Source of the DNA: an uncultured bacterium
GTDB taxonomy: Bacteria; Krumholzibacteriota; Krumholzibacteriia; WVZY01; JAKEHA01
Assembly (NCBI GenBank): GCA_964588695.1
Contig: CAZPQK010000004.1
Location: 85,129-149,128, forward strand
Direction of reading: 5' to 3'
Length of the DNA stretch: 64,000 nucleotides
Positions 8,654 through 17,875 of the stretch are shown here, in pieces. The notes beneath the pieces were generated by a model, which made no database searches, was not told the DNA's origin, and was given only the letters and a program-made list of their open reading frames with translations. Both the position numbers and the translations under genes were made by a program. The stretch's first letter is position 1. Every line of letters starts with the position of its first letter.

Positions 8654-9727
8654 GTGTCCACGACCGCTCGAATCCTGATTGTCGGCGCTGGTCCTACCGG
8701 GCTTACCGCCGCCGTCGAACTTGCCCGTCGCGGCATCGTTCCCGACATCATCGAAAAGCGTGCAAACGCGTCTAACCTTTCGCGGGCTGTTGGCATTTTG
8801 CCGTCGAGCATGGAAGTCTGGAAAGAGTCCGGCGTCGCGGTCGCGATCGACCAGGATGCCATCCCGTTTAAGCACTTTCGACTGGCACGCAACCGTCGTG
8901 TGTTAGCGAGAATCCCGTTGGAACTTCCGCATTCGCCGTACCAGCGGCTATTGGGGTTGGCGCAAGACCGTACCGAAGCCCACCTACACGAGGGCCTGGA
9001 GCGATTCGGCGGGCAAATTGAGTTTGGTGCAGAACTACAAACGCTGGTGGCAAAACCGTCTCACGTTGTTGTCACCATCAATGACGAGCAGCGCGAGTAT
9101 CACTACGTGGTCGGCGCGGACGGCGTGCGGAGTACCGTTCGTCAGCAAGCCGGTATAGAATACCGAGGGTTCGATCTGCCCGAACGTTGGTCAATAGCCG
9201 ATGTCGATTGCGCAGACTGGCACGACGCCGACGACTTCCACGTGTACGCGTGCGACAACGGCCGCGTTGTTGTGGTTGCCCCGCTGGAGATGAACCGCTT
9301 TCGAGTTGTATCCAACACCCCCGATGCGCTAGCGACATTGCCGGTCCCGATGGCCGTGACCAACGTCCGGCGGCGAGATGACTTCACGATATCCGTCCGG
9401 CAAGCCGAACGTTACCAGAGCGATCGAGTGTTCCTGGCGGGTGATGCTGCACACTGCCACTCGCCCGTGGGCGGACGCGGAATGAACTTAGGGGTTAGCG
9501 ACGCTGGCGATCTGGCGCGACGCCTGGCTGAAGGTGGGTTGGAGGGCTATCACGACTGTCGGCATCCCGTCGGGCGAAAGACCATCGAGCTCAGCGAGCG
9601 GGGACGAAGGGCCATCACCAACCAAAACGGGTGGGTGCGCGCCGCGGTGCTAACCGCGATCGATGTTATCGCTGCGGTTCCCCCACTGCGTCGCCGCCTG
9701 GTCGCCGCGTTAATGGCGTCTGAGTAG
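8654..9727 (+). CDS. FAD-dependent monooxygenase/oxidoreductase
   Basis: Rossmann motif ILIVGAGPTGLTAA and the FAD-binding GDAAHCHSPVGGRGMNLGVSDA motif. Confidence 0.8.
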   Translation: MSTTARILIVGAGPTGLTAAVELARRGIVPDIIEKRANASNLSRAVGILPSSMEVWKESGVAVAIDQDAIPFKHFRLARNRRVLARIPLELPHSPYQRLLGLAQDRTEAHLHEGLERFGGQIEFGAELQTLVAKPSHVVVTINDEQREYHYVVGADGVRSTVRQQAGIEYRGFDLPERWSIADVDCADWHDADDFHVYACDNGRVVVVAPLEMNRFRVVSNTPDALATLPVPMAVTNVRRRDDFTISVRQAERYQSDRVFLAGDAAHCHSPVGGRGMNLGVSDAGDLARRLAEGGLEGYHDCRHPVGRKTIELSERGRRAITNQNGWVRAAVLTAIDVIAAVPPLRRRLVAALMASE

Positions 9728-9729
9728 TG

Positions 9730-10998
9730 CTAGGTTTTTTGTGATCTTGCAATCGCGTACCACACTAGCCCGATTGCCATCAGCACGGTTCCGATTAGCC
9801 AGATCCTTGGTTCAACCCACCAGGCCAGAAACGCGCAGCCACACAAGCCGAAAACCGAAAACACTCGTGGGTACAGCCGCGCTTGTGCGGGCAAACGCAG
9901 CGCCGCCCAGTTGGTGAATGTGTAGTACACCAAAACCGTGAACGCGCTGAAACTCCACGCGATCCGAATGCTGCCAATCAGCGTAAGCGCAAGGATGATC
10001 GCGCCCACAATCAGGACCGCAACTACGGGCGAACCTTTTGTCGACACTTTCGCGGTGACCGAAGGCATGTCGCCGCGACGCCCCATCGCCAGCAGCACTC
10101 GCGACAATCCCAAAAGCAAGTTCAGGAGCACACCCGCCATCGCGGTAACCGCGCCGATCGCGATTACCTGCGGCAACCACGACACTCCGAACCCCCGCGC
10201 CACGATCTCAAGCGGAGCGCCTTTGCCTTCGGTGGCTTGCAGTAATCCTTCGCCACCGGTAACACCTATCGCGACGCAAACCACCGCCAGATAAAGAAAC
10301 GCGGACACAACTAGCGTCGACACTATAGCTTTAGGGATGGTCCGCACAGGATCGTGTACTTCTTCGCCGAGGGTTGCGACGCGGCCGTATCCGGTGTAGG
10401 CCACAAACATCAACGCAGTTGCTTCCAACAACGCACGCCACCCGGGACGTGGGCTACTGGCCACCGCATCCCAGTTGGCAATGGCGCGGGAGAAACCAAA
10501 TGTGACAAAACCTATGAGGGCGAGAATCGTTACCGACACAATTACGATATTCACGGCGTTGCTGCGTTTAACACCGCTTGCTACCAGAGCGGTTAGCATC
10601 ACAACCAACGCACCAGCCAGCCAAACGGGAACCGTAACCGCATCTGCATCCAGCGCATTAAGGACGTAGCCCGCAAAACCGAGCGCGGCTGTTGCGGCCG
10701 ACGCACTCTTAGCAAGTAAAAAGCTCCAACCCGCGGTGAAACCGGCGGCGGGATGAATCAACTCATAGCCGTACTCGTAGGTACCACCGCTGACCGGAAA
10801 GCGTGCGGCGAGCTGTGCGCTGCTAAGCGCGTTGCAAGTAGCCACGAAAGCCGCGACCAGCACAACCACCGGCGTCCAGACACCAGCCAGTCCAGCAACC
10901 AGACCAACACTAACAAAAACCCCGGTTCCCAGAATGGAACCGAGGCCAAGCATTGTCGCACTGCCGACACCAAGTTCGCGCTGCAGTCGCGGTACCAA
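9730..10998 (-). CDS. APC-family amino acid permease
   Basis: About 12 predicted TM segments. N-terminal SxxxLGLGSILGTGVFV motif typical of the APC superfamily. Confidence 0.75.
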   Translation of the reverse strand: MVPRLQRELGVGSATMLGLGSILGTGVFVSVGLVAGLAGVWTPVVVLVAAFVATCNALSSAQLAARFPVSGGTYEYGYELIHPAAGFTAGWSFLLAKSASAATAALGFAGYVLNALDADAVTVPVWLAGALVVMLTALVASGVKRSNAVNIVIVSVTILALIGFVTFGFSRAIANWDAVASSPRPGWRALLEATALMFVAYTGYGRVATLGEEVHDPVRTIPKAIVSTLVVSAFLYLAVVCVAIGVTGGEGLLQATEGKGAPLEIVARGFGVSWLPQVIAIGAVTAMAGVLLNLLLGLSRVLLAMGRRGDMPSVTAKVSTKGSPVVAVLIVGAIILALTLIGSIRIAWSFSAFTVLVYYTFTNWAALRLPAQARLYPRVFSVFGLCGCAFLAWWVEPRIWLIGTVLMAIGLVWYAIARSQKT

Positions 10999-11004
10999 CT
11001 CTGT

Positions 11005-11631
11005 CTACTCGCTCCCGAACACTTCAACAACTCCCAACTGCACGCTGTCCAACATTTTGTTGATGCGCTTTAGCAGACGTGCCTGCGAGCCCGCTGGAAT
11101 GCGCATGTTGTCCGGGAGTTCCACCGCAGCAGTAACCAGCGAGTCGCGAAACAACATCGACACGCGCAGCGCAGCCGCCACCGGCATTCCCTTTTCTTCC
11201 GCCGCCTGCCCGTAGCGTCGCCCAATTTCGCGCGCGCGCTCTACCAGTCCGTCGTCTTCGTCGGGCGCGGTAAGAAAGTTCAGTGTCAGTTCCATAAGCT
11301 GCTGTCCCATCTCGCGATGCTTACGACGGCTTTCTTCGTCGTGGTTCTGCAGCCACGAATCGTCGCGGCGCGCCGATAAGGCTTCGCGAGTTCGCTCTAG
11401 CGCATGGTCGGCCCAGATCCGCTCCACCGGTCCCAGTTGCCGTCCCGCCTGCCGCGCGGAAACTTGTACCACATCGGATGACGCGAACCGTCGGTGCCCA
11501 CCGGGCGTAAGCATGTACGGGATCTTCCCATCGTCGGCCCATCGGCGCAGCGTCGTCGGGTGGACGTTTAGCCGCTTGGAGGCCTCGCTAAGGGTCAACC
11601 ACTCTACTTTGTCGTGCTTGGGATGGCTCAT
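11005..11631 (-). CDS. MerR/excisionase-type helix-turn-helix transcriptional regulator with a helical C-terminal domain
   Basis: N-terminal LTLSEASKRLNVHPTTLRRWADDGKIP is an HTH_17/MerR-like motif. Lies 7 nt upstream of the permease gene. Confidence 0.6.
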   Translation of the reverse strand: MSHPKHDKVEWLTLSEASKRLNVHPTTLRRWADDGKIPYMLTPGGHRRFASSDVVQVSARQAGRQLGPVERIWADHALERTREALSARRDDSWLQNHDEESRRKHREMGQQLMELTLNFLTAPDEDDGLVERAREIGRRYGQAAEEKGMPVAAALRVSMLFRDSLVTAAVELPDNMRIPAGSQARLLKRINKMLDSVQLGVVEVFGSE

Positions 11632-11837
11632 GACACTCCCACGTAAACCCAGTCAAAAGCTAAGATTAGCCTGGTCGAACCAGCCTGAGGGGAGGCCCGG
11701 CCCAGAGAAGCTTCACTCTACGACGCCAGCGTCCGACCTCGCAACCCTCAGGGCCATTAAAACGAATCTCAGCCATTACTGGCACCATTGTTGATGCGGA
11801 TCCCCCAAAAGCGACCTAGTGCGCCCGACCGCCTGAC

Positions 11838-11853
11838 TTGTTATAATTAACAA
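11838..11853. promoter_or_regulatory. perfect 16-bp palindrome TTGTTATAATTAACAA overlapping a consensus -10 hexamer (TATAAT); candidate operator/promoter
   Basis: Read directly from the sequence. Lies 38 nt upstream of the 11891 start codon, in a divergent intergenic region shared with the MerR-like regulator. Confidence 0.5.
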
Positions 11854-11890
11854 TAGCCAGCCGGGTCCCCACGATCCCTAGAGGACCAAA

Positions 11891-13456
11891 ATGCGACTGT
11901 TCTGGATCATATCGATCATTCTAACACTTCCGATCTCTGTCGGCGCCCAAGGTCAGATTAACCTGCTGGGTCAGTTCACGCCTGCCAACTACGGGCGACT
12001 GTCCGACGTGTGGGGTTACGTCGATAACGGCACCGAGTATGCCGTCATCGGCGCGCTCAACGAAAAGAAGATATGGTTTATCGATGTGACCAACCCCGCC
12101 GCCCCATCGCAGGTGCAAGCACTCGCGGTCCCTAGTTTTGATTTCAAAATCCGCGGGAACTATTTGTATTCGGTCGACGGCGATCGCAATGGCACCGACG
12201 GTCGCATTACCAATATCGCAGATCTAATGTCCCCGATATTGGGGTCCGCTCTGGTGTCTTCGCATAACATTTGGATTACCGACGGCGGTGTCCTGGTGCA
12301 GTCCGACCCGGACATGACGTTGCGCTCGCTGGCCAACCCGGAAGTTCCGCTTTACCTGTGGGAGGTCGGCGGCGGCGCCACTGGCCACGATGCGTTTAGC
12401 GTGGGTACGACGCTTTACGAGTTTCGCGGATACACGGGAACGTTCATCTGGGATATCACCGACCCGTCGCAACCGCAGCAGCTCAGTCGTATCTTTTCCA
12501 GTGAGATCTTTGCCCATAGCGGATCGCCCTCCGAAGATGGTCGCTATGTTTTTGTTTGTAACGAACTCGCCGTTCATCCCACCGAAGACATTACCGTGTG
12601 GGATGTCATCAACCCGGCGGTCCCGGTTCGCGTGGCCAGTATTACTGATCCAACTGCAACCGTGCACAACCTCTACATCATCGACAATCTCATGTACGTG
12701 TCGTACTACACCGCCGGATTCAAAGTGTTTGACGTAACCGATCCGACTCAGCCGCAACTACTTGACACTTACGACACGTCGATCCTGACCGGAGAGGGAT
12801 TTAACGGCGCGTTTGGCGTTTACCCGTTTACCCCGTCGGGTAACATTTACATTAGCGACCAGGATGGACTGTTTGTATTTGAGTTCAGCGACCCGGTGCC
12901 GACACTGTTTTCTTCGGTCGGCGGAGCACAGCATAACCAGGACGTGCGCCTCTACTGGGATTTCTTTTCTGACGAAACATTGAGCCATTTGGAAGTCCGT
13001 CGAAAAACCAAAGACTCGATTGCTTTCAGCGTAGTCGCCAGCAACCTGCCCAAGGATGCTCGTGAGTGGGTGGACACCGACGTCCAGCCGGGCCAGGTTT
13101 ACGTGTACAAAATCCACGCCGTCGGCGATGGCAGCCCGGGCGGCTTTTCCAGCGAGTTCGAAGTGAAAGTTGCATCCTCCCAACCGCAACTGGCGCAGAA
13201 CTTCCCCAACCCGTTCAACCCGACCACGACAATCACGTTCGAGATCGGCCGTTCGAGCGCAATCGAACTGACGGTTTTTGATGCACAGGGCCGTGTGGTT
13301 CGCACGCTAGTCAACTCTCGCTACGGAGCTGGCGTATACAGTGTGGATTGGGACGGCACCACCAACACTGGCGAGTCGGCGTCCAGCGGTGTTTACTTTT
13401 ACAGACTGCAAACCAATTCCGGCGTGTTTACCCGCCGAATGACGCTGCTGAAATAG
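11891..13456 (+). CDS. secreted LVIVD/choice-of-anchor-B-like beta-propeller protein with a TIGR04183-type C-terminal sorting domain
   Basis: Signal peptide. LVIVD-like repeats (IWFIDVTNPAAP, ITVWDVINPAVP, FKVFDVTDPTQP). C-terminal FPNPFNPTTTITFEI...GVYFYRLQ...LLK. Confidence 0.65.
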   Translation: MRLFWIISIILTLPISVGAQGQINLLGQFTPANYGRLSDVWGYVDNGTEYAVIGALNEKKIWFIDVTNPAAPSQVQALAVPSFDFKIRGNYLYSVDGDRNGTDGRITNIADLMSPILGSALVSSHNIWITDGGVLVQSDPDMTLRSLANPEVPLYLWEVGGGATGHDAFSVGTTLYEFRGYTGTFIWDITDPSQPQQLSRIFSSEIFAHSGSPSEDGRYVFVCNELAVHPTEDITVWDVINPAVPVRVASITDPTATVHNLYIIDNLMYVSYYTAGFKVFDVTDPTQPQLLDTYDTSILTGEGFNGAFGVYPFTPSGNIYISDQDGLFVFEFSDPVPTLFSSVGGAQHNQDVRLYWDFFSDETLSHLEVRRKTKDSIAFSVVASNLPKDAREWVDTDVQPGQVYVYKIHAVGDGSPGGFSSEFEVKVASSQPQLAQNFPNPFNPTTTITFEIGRSSAIELTVFDAQGRVVRTLVNSRYGAGVYSVDWDGTTNTGESASSGVYFYRLQTNSGVFTRRMTLLK

Positions 13457-13492
13457 CGACCCACCTACTCGCTTTTTCCGATACCCATTAAG

Positions 13493-13528
13493 AAAAGCGG
13501 GATGCGCGTAACACGCATCCCGCTTTTA
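13493..13528. terminator. bidirectional rho-independent terminator between convergent genes
   Basis: gcgggatgcg/cgcatcccgc stem with a 7-nt loop, flanked by AAAA upstream and TTTT downstream. Confidence 0.7.
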
Positions 13529-13552
13529 GAGTGTCCGGTCTTGTCGGCGCCG

Positions 13553-13984
13553 CTAGCTCTTCTTGAGCGCGTCGCGAATTTCGCGAAGCAGCACCACGTC
13601 TTCCGGCGGAGCCGGCGGAGCCTTGGGCGCGGCTTCTTCCTTCTTCTTGAGGTTGTTAATCCAACGAACCATCATGAAGATGACGAAAGCAACAATCAAA
13701 AAGTCGACGACGTTTTGTGCGAACTGCCCGTACTTGACTACCGCCGCACCTGCTTCTTCGGCGGCGGCGAGAGTTTCGTAACTGCCTCCGTCGAGCGCGG
13801 CGAAAAGGTTGGTAAAATCCACGCCCCCGAGCAACTTACCAATCGGCGGCATGATGACGTCATTGACCAAGGAACTAACGATCTTTCCGAACGCACCGCC
13901 GATAATGATACCGACGGCCATATCCATCGCGTTACCCTTGACCGCGAAATCCTTGAATTCCTTCATCAGGGACATGCGGATCAC
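13553..13984 (-). CDS. mscL: large-conductance mechanosensitive channel MscL
   Basis: [49 protein letters not shown] matches the MscL N-terminus closely. Confidence 0.9.
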   Translation of the reverse strand: MIRMSLMKEFKDFAVKGNAMDMAVGIIIGGAFGKIVSSLVNDVIMPPIGKLLGGVDFTNLFAALDGGSYETLAAAEEAGAAVVKYGQFAQNVVDFLIVAFVIFMMVRWINNLKKKEEAAPKAPPAPPEDVVLLREIRDALKKS

Positions 13985-14139
13985 TCCTTTGCAATAAGTG
14001 TACGCTCTCGGTAGACGTAACTAACCTGCCCGGGCTTCGAGAGCGACGCTATAGTAGCTCTGCCCCGCAGGATTGTCGAGCGTTTACCGTATAGAGCGCA
14101 GTCGCTATTGCGGAGAGTTGTGGATAACTTGGTGCTGGC

Positions 14140-15372
14140 TTAGCCCACTTCGGGGAAGGCCGACACGACATCATCAATTGGGGCGGCGTCGGGAAAAAAA
14201 TCGAGCAATCGTACCAGCACTTCGTCGAGGATGGCGTCGGGGCAGGACGCACCGCAAGACACCACAATCTCCACCGGTCGCTTTGGCACAAGCCAATCAC
14301 TGGACGTTACGACTTCTTTCTGATGCAAATCAAAGTGGCGAATCTCGGTCGCCGAGCGAATTTCGTCGGCATCCTTAATAAAGTATGTGGGCATCGCGCG
14401 CTCGCATAGCTCAACAATGTGCGACGTGTTCGACGAGTTGTACCCGCCAACGACCAGGGCGGTATCGGCACCGCGCTCGATCAGCGCATAAGTCGCGTCC
14501 TGGTTTTCGTTGGTGGCATAGCACAATGTATCTGACGTATCTGCAAAGTGCTCGGACAGGCGATCTTCGCCGTATCGATCCAGCAATGCCTGGCGCAGCG
14601 TCTGTGCAATGGCATGGGTTTCGGTGGCCAACATCGTGGTCTGATTAACCACTCCAATTCGCCGCAAGTGGGCATCCGGGTCAAAATCCGGCGTGGATTT
14701 GTGGCCAAAGTACCGGTGGAAAGTCTCGCGATCGGCCTCGCCACGAATCACGGCGGCCAGGATATCAGCCTCGGATTGATCAAACAGCACCACGGTTGGT
14801 GCCGCCTGCTTGGAGTGCGAAAACGTCGCGCGCGTTTCTTCGTGAAGATGTTTGCCGTGAACAACCACCGTGTAGTCGTCCCTACCAAGTTGCTCGCTAC
14901 GCTTCCACACCTTCTCAACGAACGGACACGTGGTATCGTAGGTGTAGGGATCGATACCGCGCTCCGCCAGCCGTTGCTGCATCTCCAAGGTGGTTCCGAA
15001 CGCGGGCACTACGACGATGTCGTCGGCGGTCAACTCGCTCCATTCCACAAGCTGATCACCCGCGGGCGTAAAAATAAACCTCACGCCGCGATCCTGCAGG
15101 TCGCCGTTGACTCGCGGGTTGTGAATCATCTCGCTTAAGAAGAACACGCGTCGGTCGGGATTGTCATTGAGCGTGCGATACGCAATCTCCACCGCGTTTT
15201 CAACCCCAAAGCAAAACCCAAAATGCCGCGCGAGCACTACCCGCAGTGGCCCAAAGTCCAGGACTGTCGGCGAGAGGTCGCGCTTGCGCGGATCGGCCGC
15301 TTGTCGGGCTCGCTTTACGCGAGTAATAACCCGGCCGCGGTAGATAAGGGGTATGTCAAACTTACGCGCCAT
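14140..15372 (-). CDS. ispH: 4-hydroxy-3-methylbut-2-enyl diphosphate reductase (IspH/LytB), long form with N- and C-terminal extensions
   Basis: HFGFCFGVENAV matches the first Cys motif of IspH (GFCxGVxRA). 410 aa against about 310 for typical IspH. Confidence 0.75.
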   Translation of the reverse strand: MARKFDIPLIYRGRVITRVKRARQAADPRKRDLSPTVLDFGPLRVVLARHFGFCFGVENAVEIAYRTLNDNPDRRVFFLSEMIHNPRVNGDLQDRGVRFIFTPAGDQLVEWSELTADDIVVVPAFGTTLEMQQRLAERGIDPYTYDTTCPFVEKVWKRSEQLGRDDYTVVVHGKHLHEETRATFSHSKQAAPTVVLFDQSEADILAAVIRGEADRETFHRYFGHKSTPDFDPDAHLRRIGVVNQTTMLATETHAIAQTLRQALLDRYGEDRLSEHFADTSDTLCYATNENQDATYALIERGADTALVVGGYNSSNTSHIVELCERAMPTYFIKDADEIRSATEIRHFDLHQKEVVTSSDWLVPKRPVEIVVSCGASCPDAILDEVLVRLLDFFPDAAPIDDVVSAFPEVG

Positions 15373-15581
15373 TAGTCGCTAATCGTAAATCCCACTTTGA
15401 TGGTTACCTGCCAATATTCAATAGATCCGCCGTCGATGTAACCGCGCGTGTCCATCACCTGGAACCAGCGCATTTGCTTAACGGTCTTAGAAGCACGGTC
15501 GATTGCGTTTTCGATTGCCTGCTGGTAGCCCGCTTTCGAAGAGCCAGTCAGTTCGATTGTCTTGTAAACATGTTCCGACAT
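15372..15581 (-). CDS. dodecin-family flavin-binding protein
   Basis: 69 aa. HVYKTIELTGSSKAGYQQAIENAI...WFQVMDTRGYIDGGSIEYWQVTIKVGF is typical of dodecin. Confidence 0.8.
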   Translation of the reverse strand: MSEHVYKTIELTGSSKAGYQQAIENAIDRASKTVKQMRWFQVMDTRGYIDGGSIEYWQVTIKVGFTISD

Positions 15582-15601
15582 TGGAACCTCCTTGTTTCTA
15601 A

Positions 15602-16501
15602 CTATACTATCTTATCGCCGCTGGTGCGAACTTCGTCTCGGTACCAGCTGGCCACCTCGCGAGTCACGGCTCCTACGTTTCCCAACCCGATGGCGCGTCC
15701 GTCGATTTCCACCACGCCCGCTACTTCCCCCATAGTGCCCGTGCAGAACACTTCGTCCGCACGATAGAGCTCGGTCAACGAAATGTCGCGAACATCGCAC
15801 GTTCGCGAATGGCGTGCGGCCAGGTCAAGGACGGTCGCGCGGGTAATTCCCTCGGGACACGCGACGGCTCGGCTGGTTACCAAACGTCCGCCGGAAACCG
15901 CAAAGATATGCGTGGCGTTGGTTTCGGCCACAAACCCGCGAGTATCTAGCATGAGCGCGTCGTCGGCCCCGGCAACGTTGGCTTCTACCTTGGCCAGGAT
16001 CGATTGGATCAAATTATTGTGATGAATCTTGGGGTCGAGGCAGTCCGGGGGAAAGCGCCGCACCGAACTGGTCACCAACGAAAGCCCGGAGGTGTCGTAC
16101 ACGGGAGACTTGAATTCGGCAAGCACGATAACGGTCGGACCGGATTGGTTAAGACGCGGATCCATTCCCGACGTTATTTTTACCCCGCGGGTTAACGTTA
16201 AGCGGACATGCACGCCGTCATGCATGCCGTTGGCCATAAGCGTCGCACGAATGTGCTCCACCAACTCGTCGTCACTGGGAATCGTAGCAAACGCGAGCGC
16301 CTTCGCAGATCCCCGCAGGCGGTTCAGATGTTCGTACAGCTTAAAGATCTTGCCGTCGTAAAGACGCAACCCTTCCCACACCGCATCGCCTCCTTGTACG
16401 ACGCTATCAAAGGGGCTTACTCCCGCGGCTTCGCGCGGCACTTGCTTACCGTTAATTCCGATCTTGATGTCGCGGTTGCGTTCGTCAAACTGCTGCAGCA
16501 T
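15602..16501 (-). CDS. ilvE: class IV PLP-dependent aminotransferase (branched-chain amino acid aminotransferase-like)
   Basis: Fold-type IV aminotransferase pattern (…HVRLTLTRG…, ETNATHIFAV, EVFCTGTMGEV). Confidence 0.7.
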   Translation of the reverse strand: MLQQFDERNRDIKIGINGKQVPREAAGVSPFDSVVQGGDAVWEGLRLYDGKIFKLYEHLNRLRGSAKALAFATIPSDDELVEHIRATLMANGMHDGVHVRLTLTRGVKITSGMDPRLNQSGPTVIVLAEFKSPVYDTSGLSLVTSSVRRFPPDCLDPKIHHNNLIQSILAKVEANVAGADDALMLDTRGFVAETNATHIFAVSGGRLVTSRAVACPEGITRATVLDLAARHSRTCDVRDISLTELYRADEVFCTGTMGEVAGVVEIDGRAIGLGNVGAVTREVASWYRDEVRTSGDKIV

Positions 16502-16502
16502 G

Positions 16503-17237
16503 TCACACCACTAATCGATGAGGTTGGAGTTGGTCGTAAGCATCGCGACAAACCTGCAACACTTCTTCAAGTTCAGGTCGCACCACGTCGGATTTTTGTT
16601 GATACGGAGCAAAGCCGGTCGATGCCTCCACCGTGGCATACCAGTGAGGTGCCCAAATGCCATCGCTTTCGCGACGCCCCGGAGGCCACGATAACATACG
16701 CTCACTGAAAGGGACGCCGACGGCATCACATAGCGCAGACAACATTTCTCGTGGCCGCTGCAAAATGTCACGAGCGTCAATAACCAACGGCGGCGTGCCG
16801 GTTTGCTCGCGCAACCAATGAAACAAATCAACCTGTTGAGGCAACCCGGTGTCGCGAGCGGTGGGTTCGGTCAGCACTTTGTCCAGAGACGTTAACATTT
16901 CGGCGGGGTCGCGAATGAGCAAAGCGTTCACGCACTCCGCCATCCAATCGCGGCCGATCTGCGGCGCCAGGTGGTGTGCCATATGCTTCTGATAGAAGAT
17001 GTGAATGCCAGTCGGGAGCGGCGCCAGCAACCCTTCGACTACCGCACGCCAGTCCGTGGGTTGCGACGCGATCACCGCGTCCCGCCCGGGGTGGTCAAGG
17101 CCTGTGGCTAAAAGGTAATTGGCGTAGAACGGCTCGTCGCAAACGATCGTGTCGGGCCGGTTTTCCCAGCTTCGCATTAGGGCGGTGGAGATATTGCGCG
17201 GGCCCGACCACATCGCCACCCGGGTTGCGACTTGCAT
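16503..17237 (-). CDS. sulfotransferase-family (P-loop) protein; start probably internal to the ORF-track call
   Basis: MWSGPRNISTALMRSW...IVCDEPFYANYL resembles the PAPS-binding SGPRSGST motif of bacterial sulfotransferase-like proteins. Lies 1 nt from the aminotransferase gene. The start between 17213 and 17339 is uncertain. Confidence 0.5.
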   Translation of the reverse strand: MQVATRVAMWSGPRNISTALMRSWENRPDTIVCDEPFYANYLLATGLDHPGRDAVIASQPTDWRAVVEGLLAPLPTGIHIFYQKHMAHHLAPQIGRDWMAECVNALLIRDPAEMLTSLDKVLTEPTARDTGLPQQVDLFHWLREQTGTPPLVIDARDILQRPREMLSALCDAVGVPFSERMLSWPPGRRESDGIWAPHWYATVEASTGFAPYQQKSDVVRPELEEVLQVCRDAYDQLQPHRLVV

Positions 17238-17480
17238 GCTAACTCCCGTGTTTCCAACCAATACGGACAAAACGGCTATTTCGTATGTTACCAATTCGCG
17301 GGGCGTCATTCCACATTCCGCCGCGACTGGGCTCGGCATGAAAACTGCCTAACTCTTTGCGGCACAACAAGATTTAGTGTATACTTCGTGCCAGTCGGGT
17401 GGACCGCACTCACTCGATCACCAATCAGCGAATTTATAGTTCCAACGGAAATCTCAACTCTTCCCAAGGAGAAAACCCGT

Positions 17481-17864
17481 ATGAAACGAGCACTCGTGGC
17501 AACCGGAGCCATACTCGTTGTGGCGACGGTGGGAACGTGGATGCTCGGTGGGGGCACCAACCATACGGAGCCGGCCGAGGTCAACGCCGCACCGTCAATG
17601 GTGGTCCACATCGATCCCGCAACCGGTAAGGTCATCCCTCCCGCTGAAGGAGCGACGATCATACCGATCTCGCGCGAAATGTCCGAAGGCCTTAGCCGTT
17701 CGGAGGAAGGCCTGGTCCAGGAGAAAGGCCCTACCGGCGGCTACGTTGTCGACCTGCAGGGTCGGTTTCAACACACGCAAGTGGTCACCATGGACGAAGA
17801 TGGTAATCTTCGCACCGATTGTATCGACCACAACCCTTCCGACCTTGTTAACCACAACCACTAG
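17481..17864 (+). CDS. small secreted hypothetical protein (127 aa)
   Basis: RBS AAGGAGAAAA 6 nt upstream of ATG 17481. Signal peptide MKRALVATGAILVVATVGTW. The ORF-track N-terminus (from 17232) is antisense-overlap artefact. Confidence 0.6.
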   Translation: MKRALVATGAILVVATVGTWMLGGGTNHTEPAEVNAAPSMVVHIDPATGKVIPPAEGATIIPISREMSEGLSRSEEGLVQEKGPTGGYVVDLQGRFQHTQVVTMDEDGNLRTDCIDHNPSDLVNHNH

Positions 17865-17875
17865 AGGAGAATAGA

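Noticed and set aside
13502-14014. 170-aa + strand ORF
   Set aside because: Entirely antisense to mscL, which has an unmistakable family match. No RBS. Mirror-image ORF artefact typical of high-GC DNA.
14548-15138. 196-aa + ORF
   Set aside because: Antisense to ispH. High-GC mirror ORF.
17232-17480. 5' extension of the ORF-track call 17232..17864
   Set aside because: The extension overlaps the divergent sulfotransferase-like gene and lacks a signal peptide. RBS-supported ATG at 17481 followed by a clean signal peptide is preferred.
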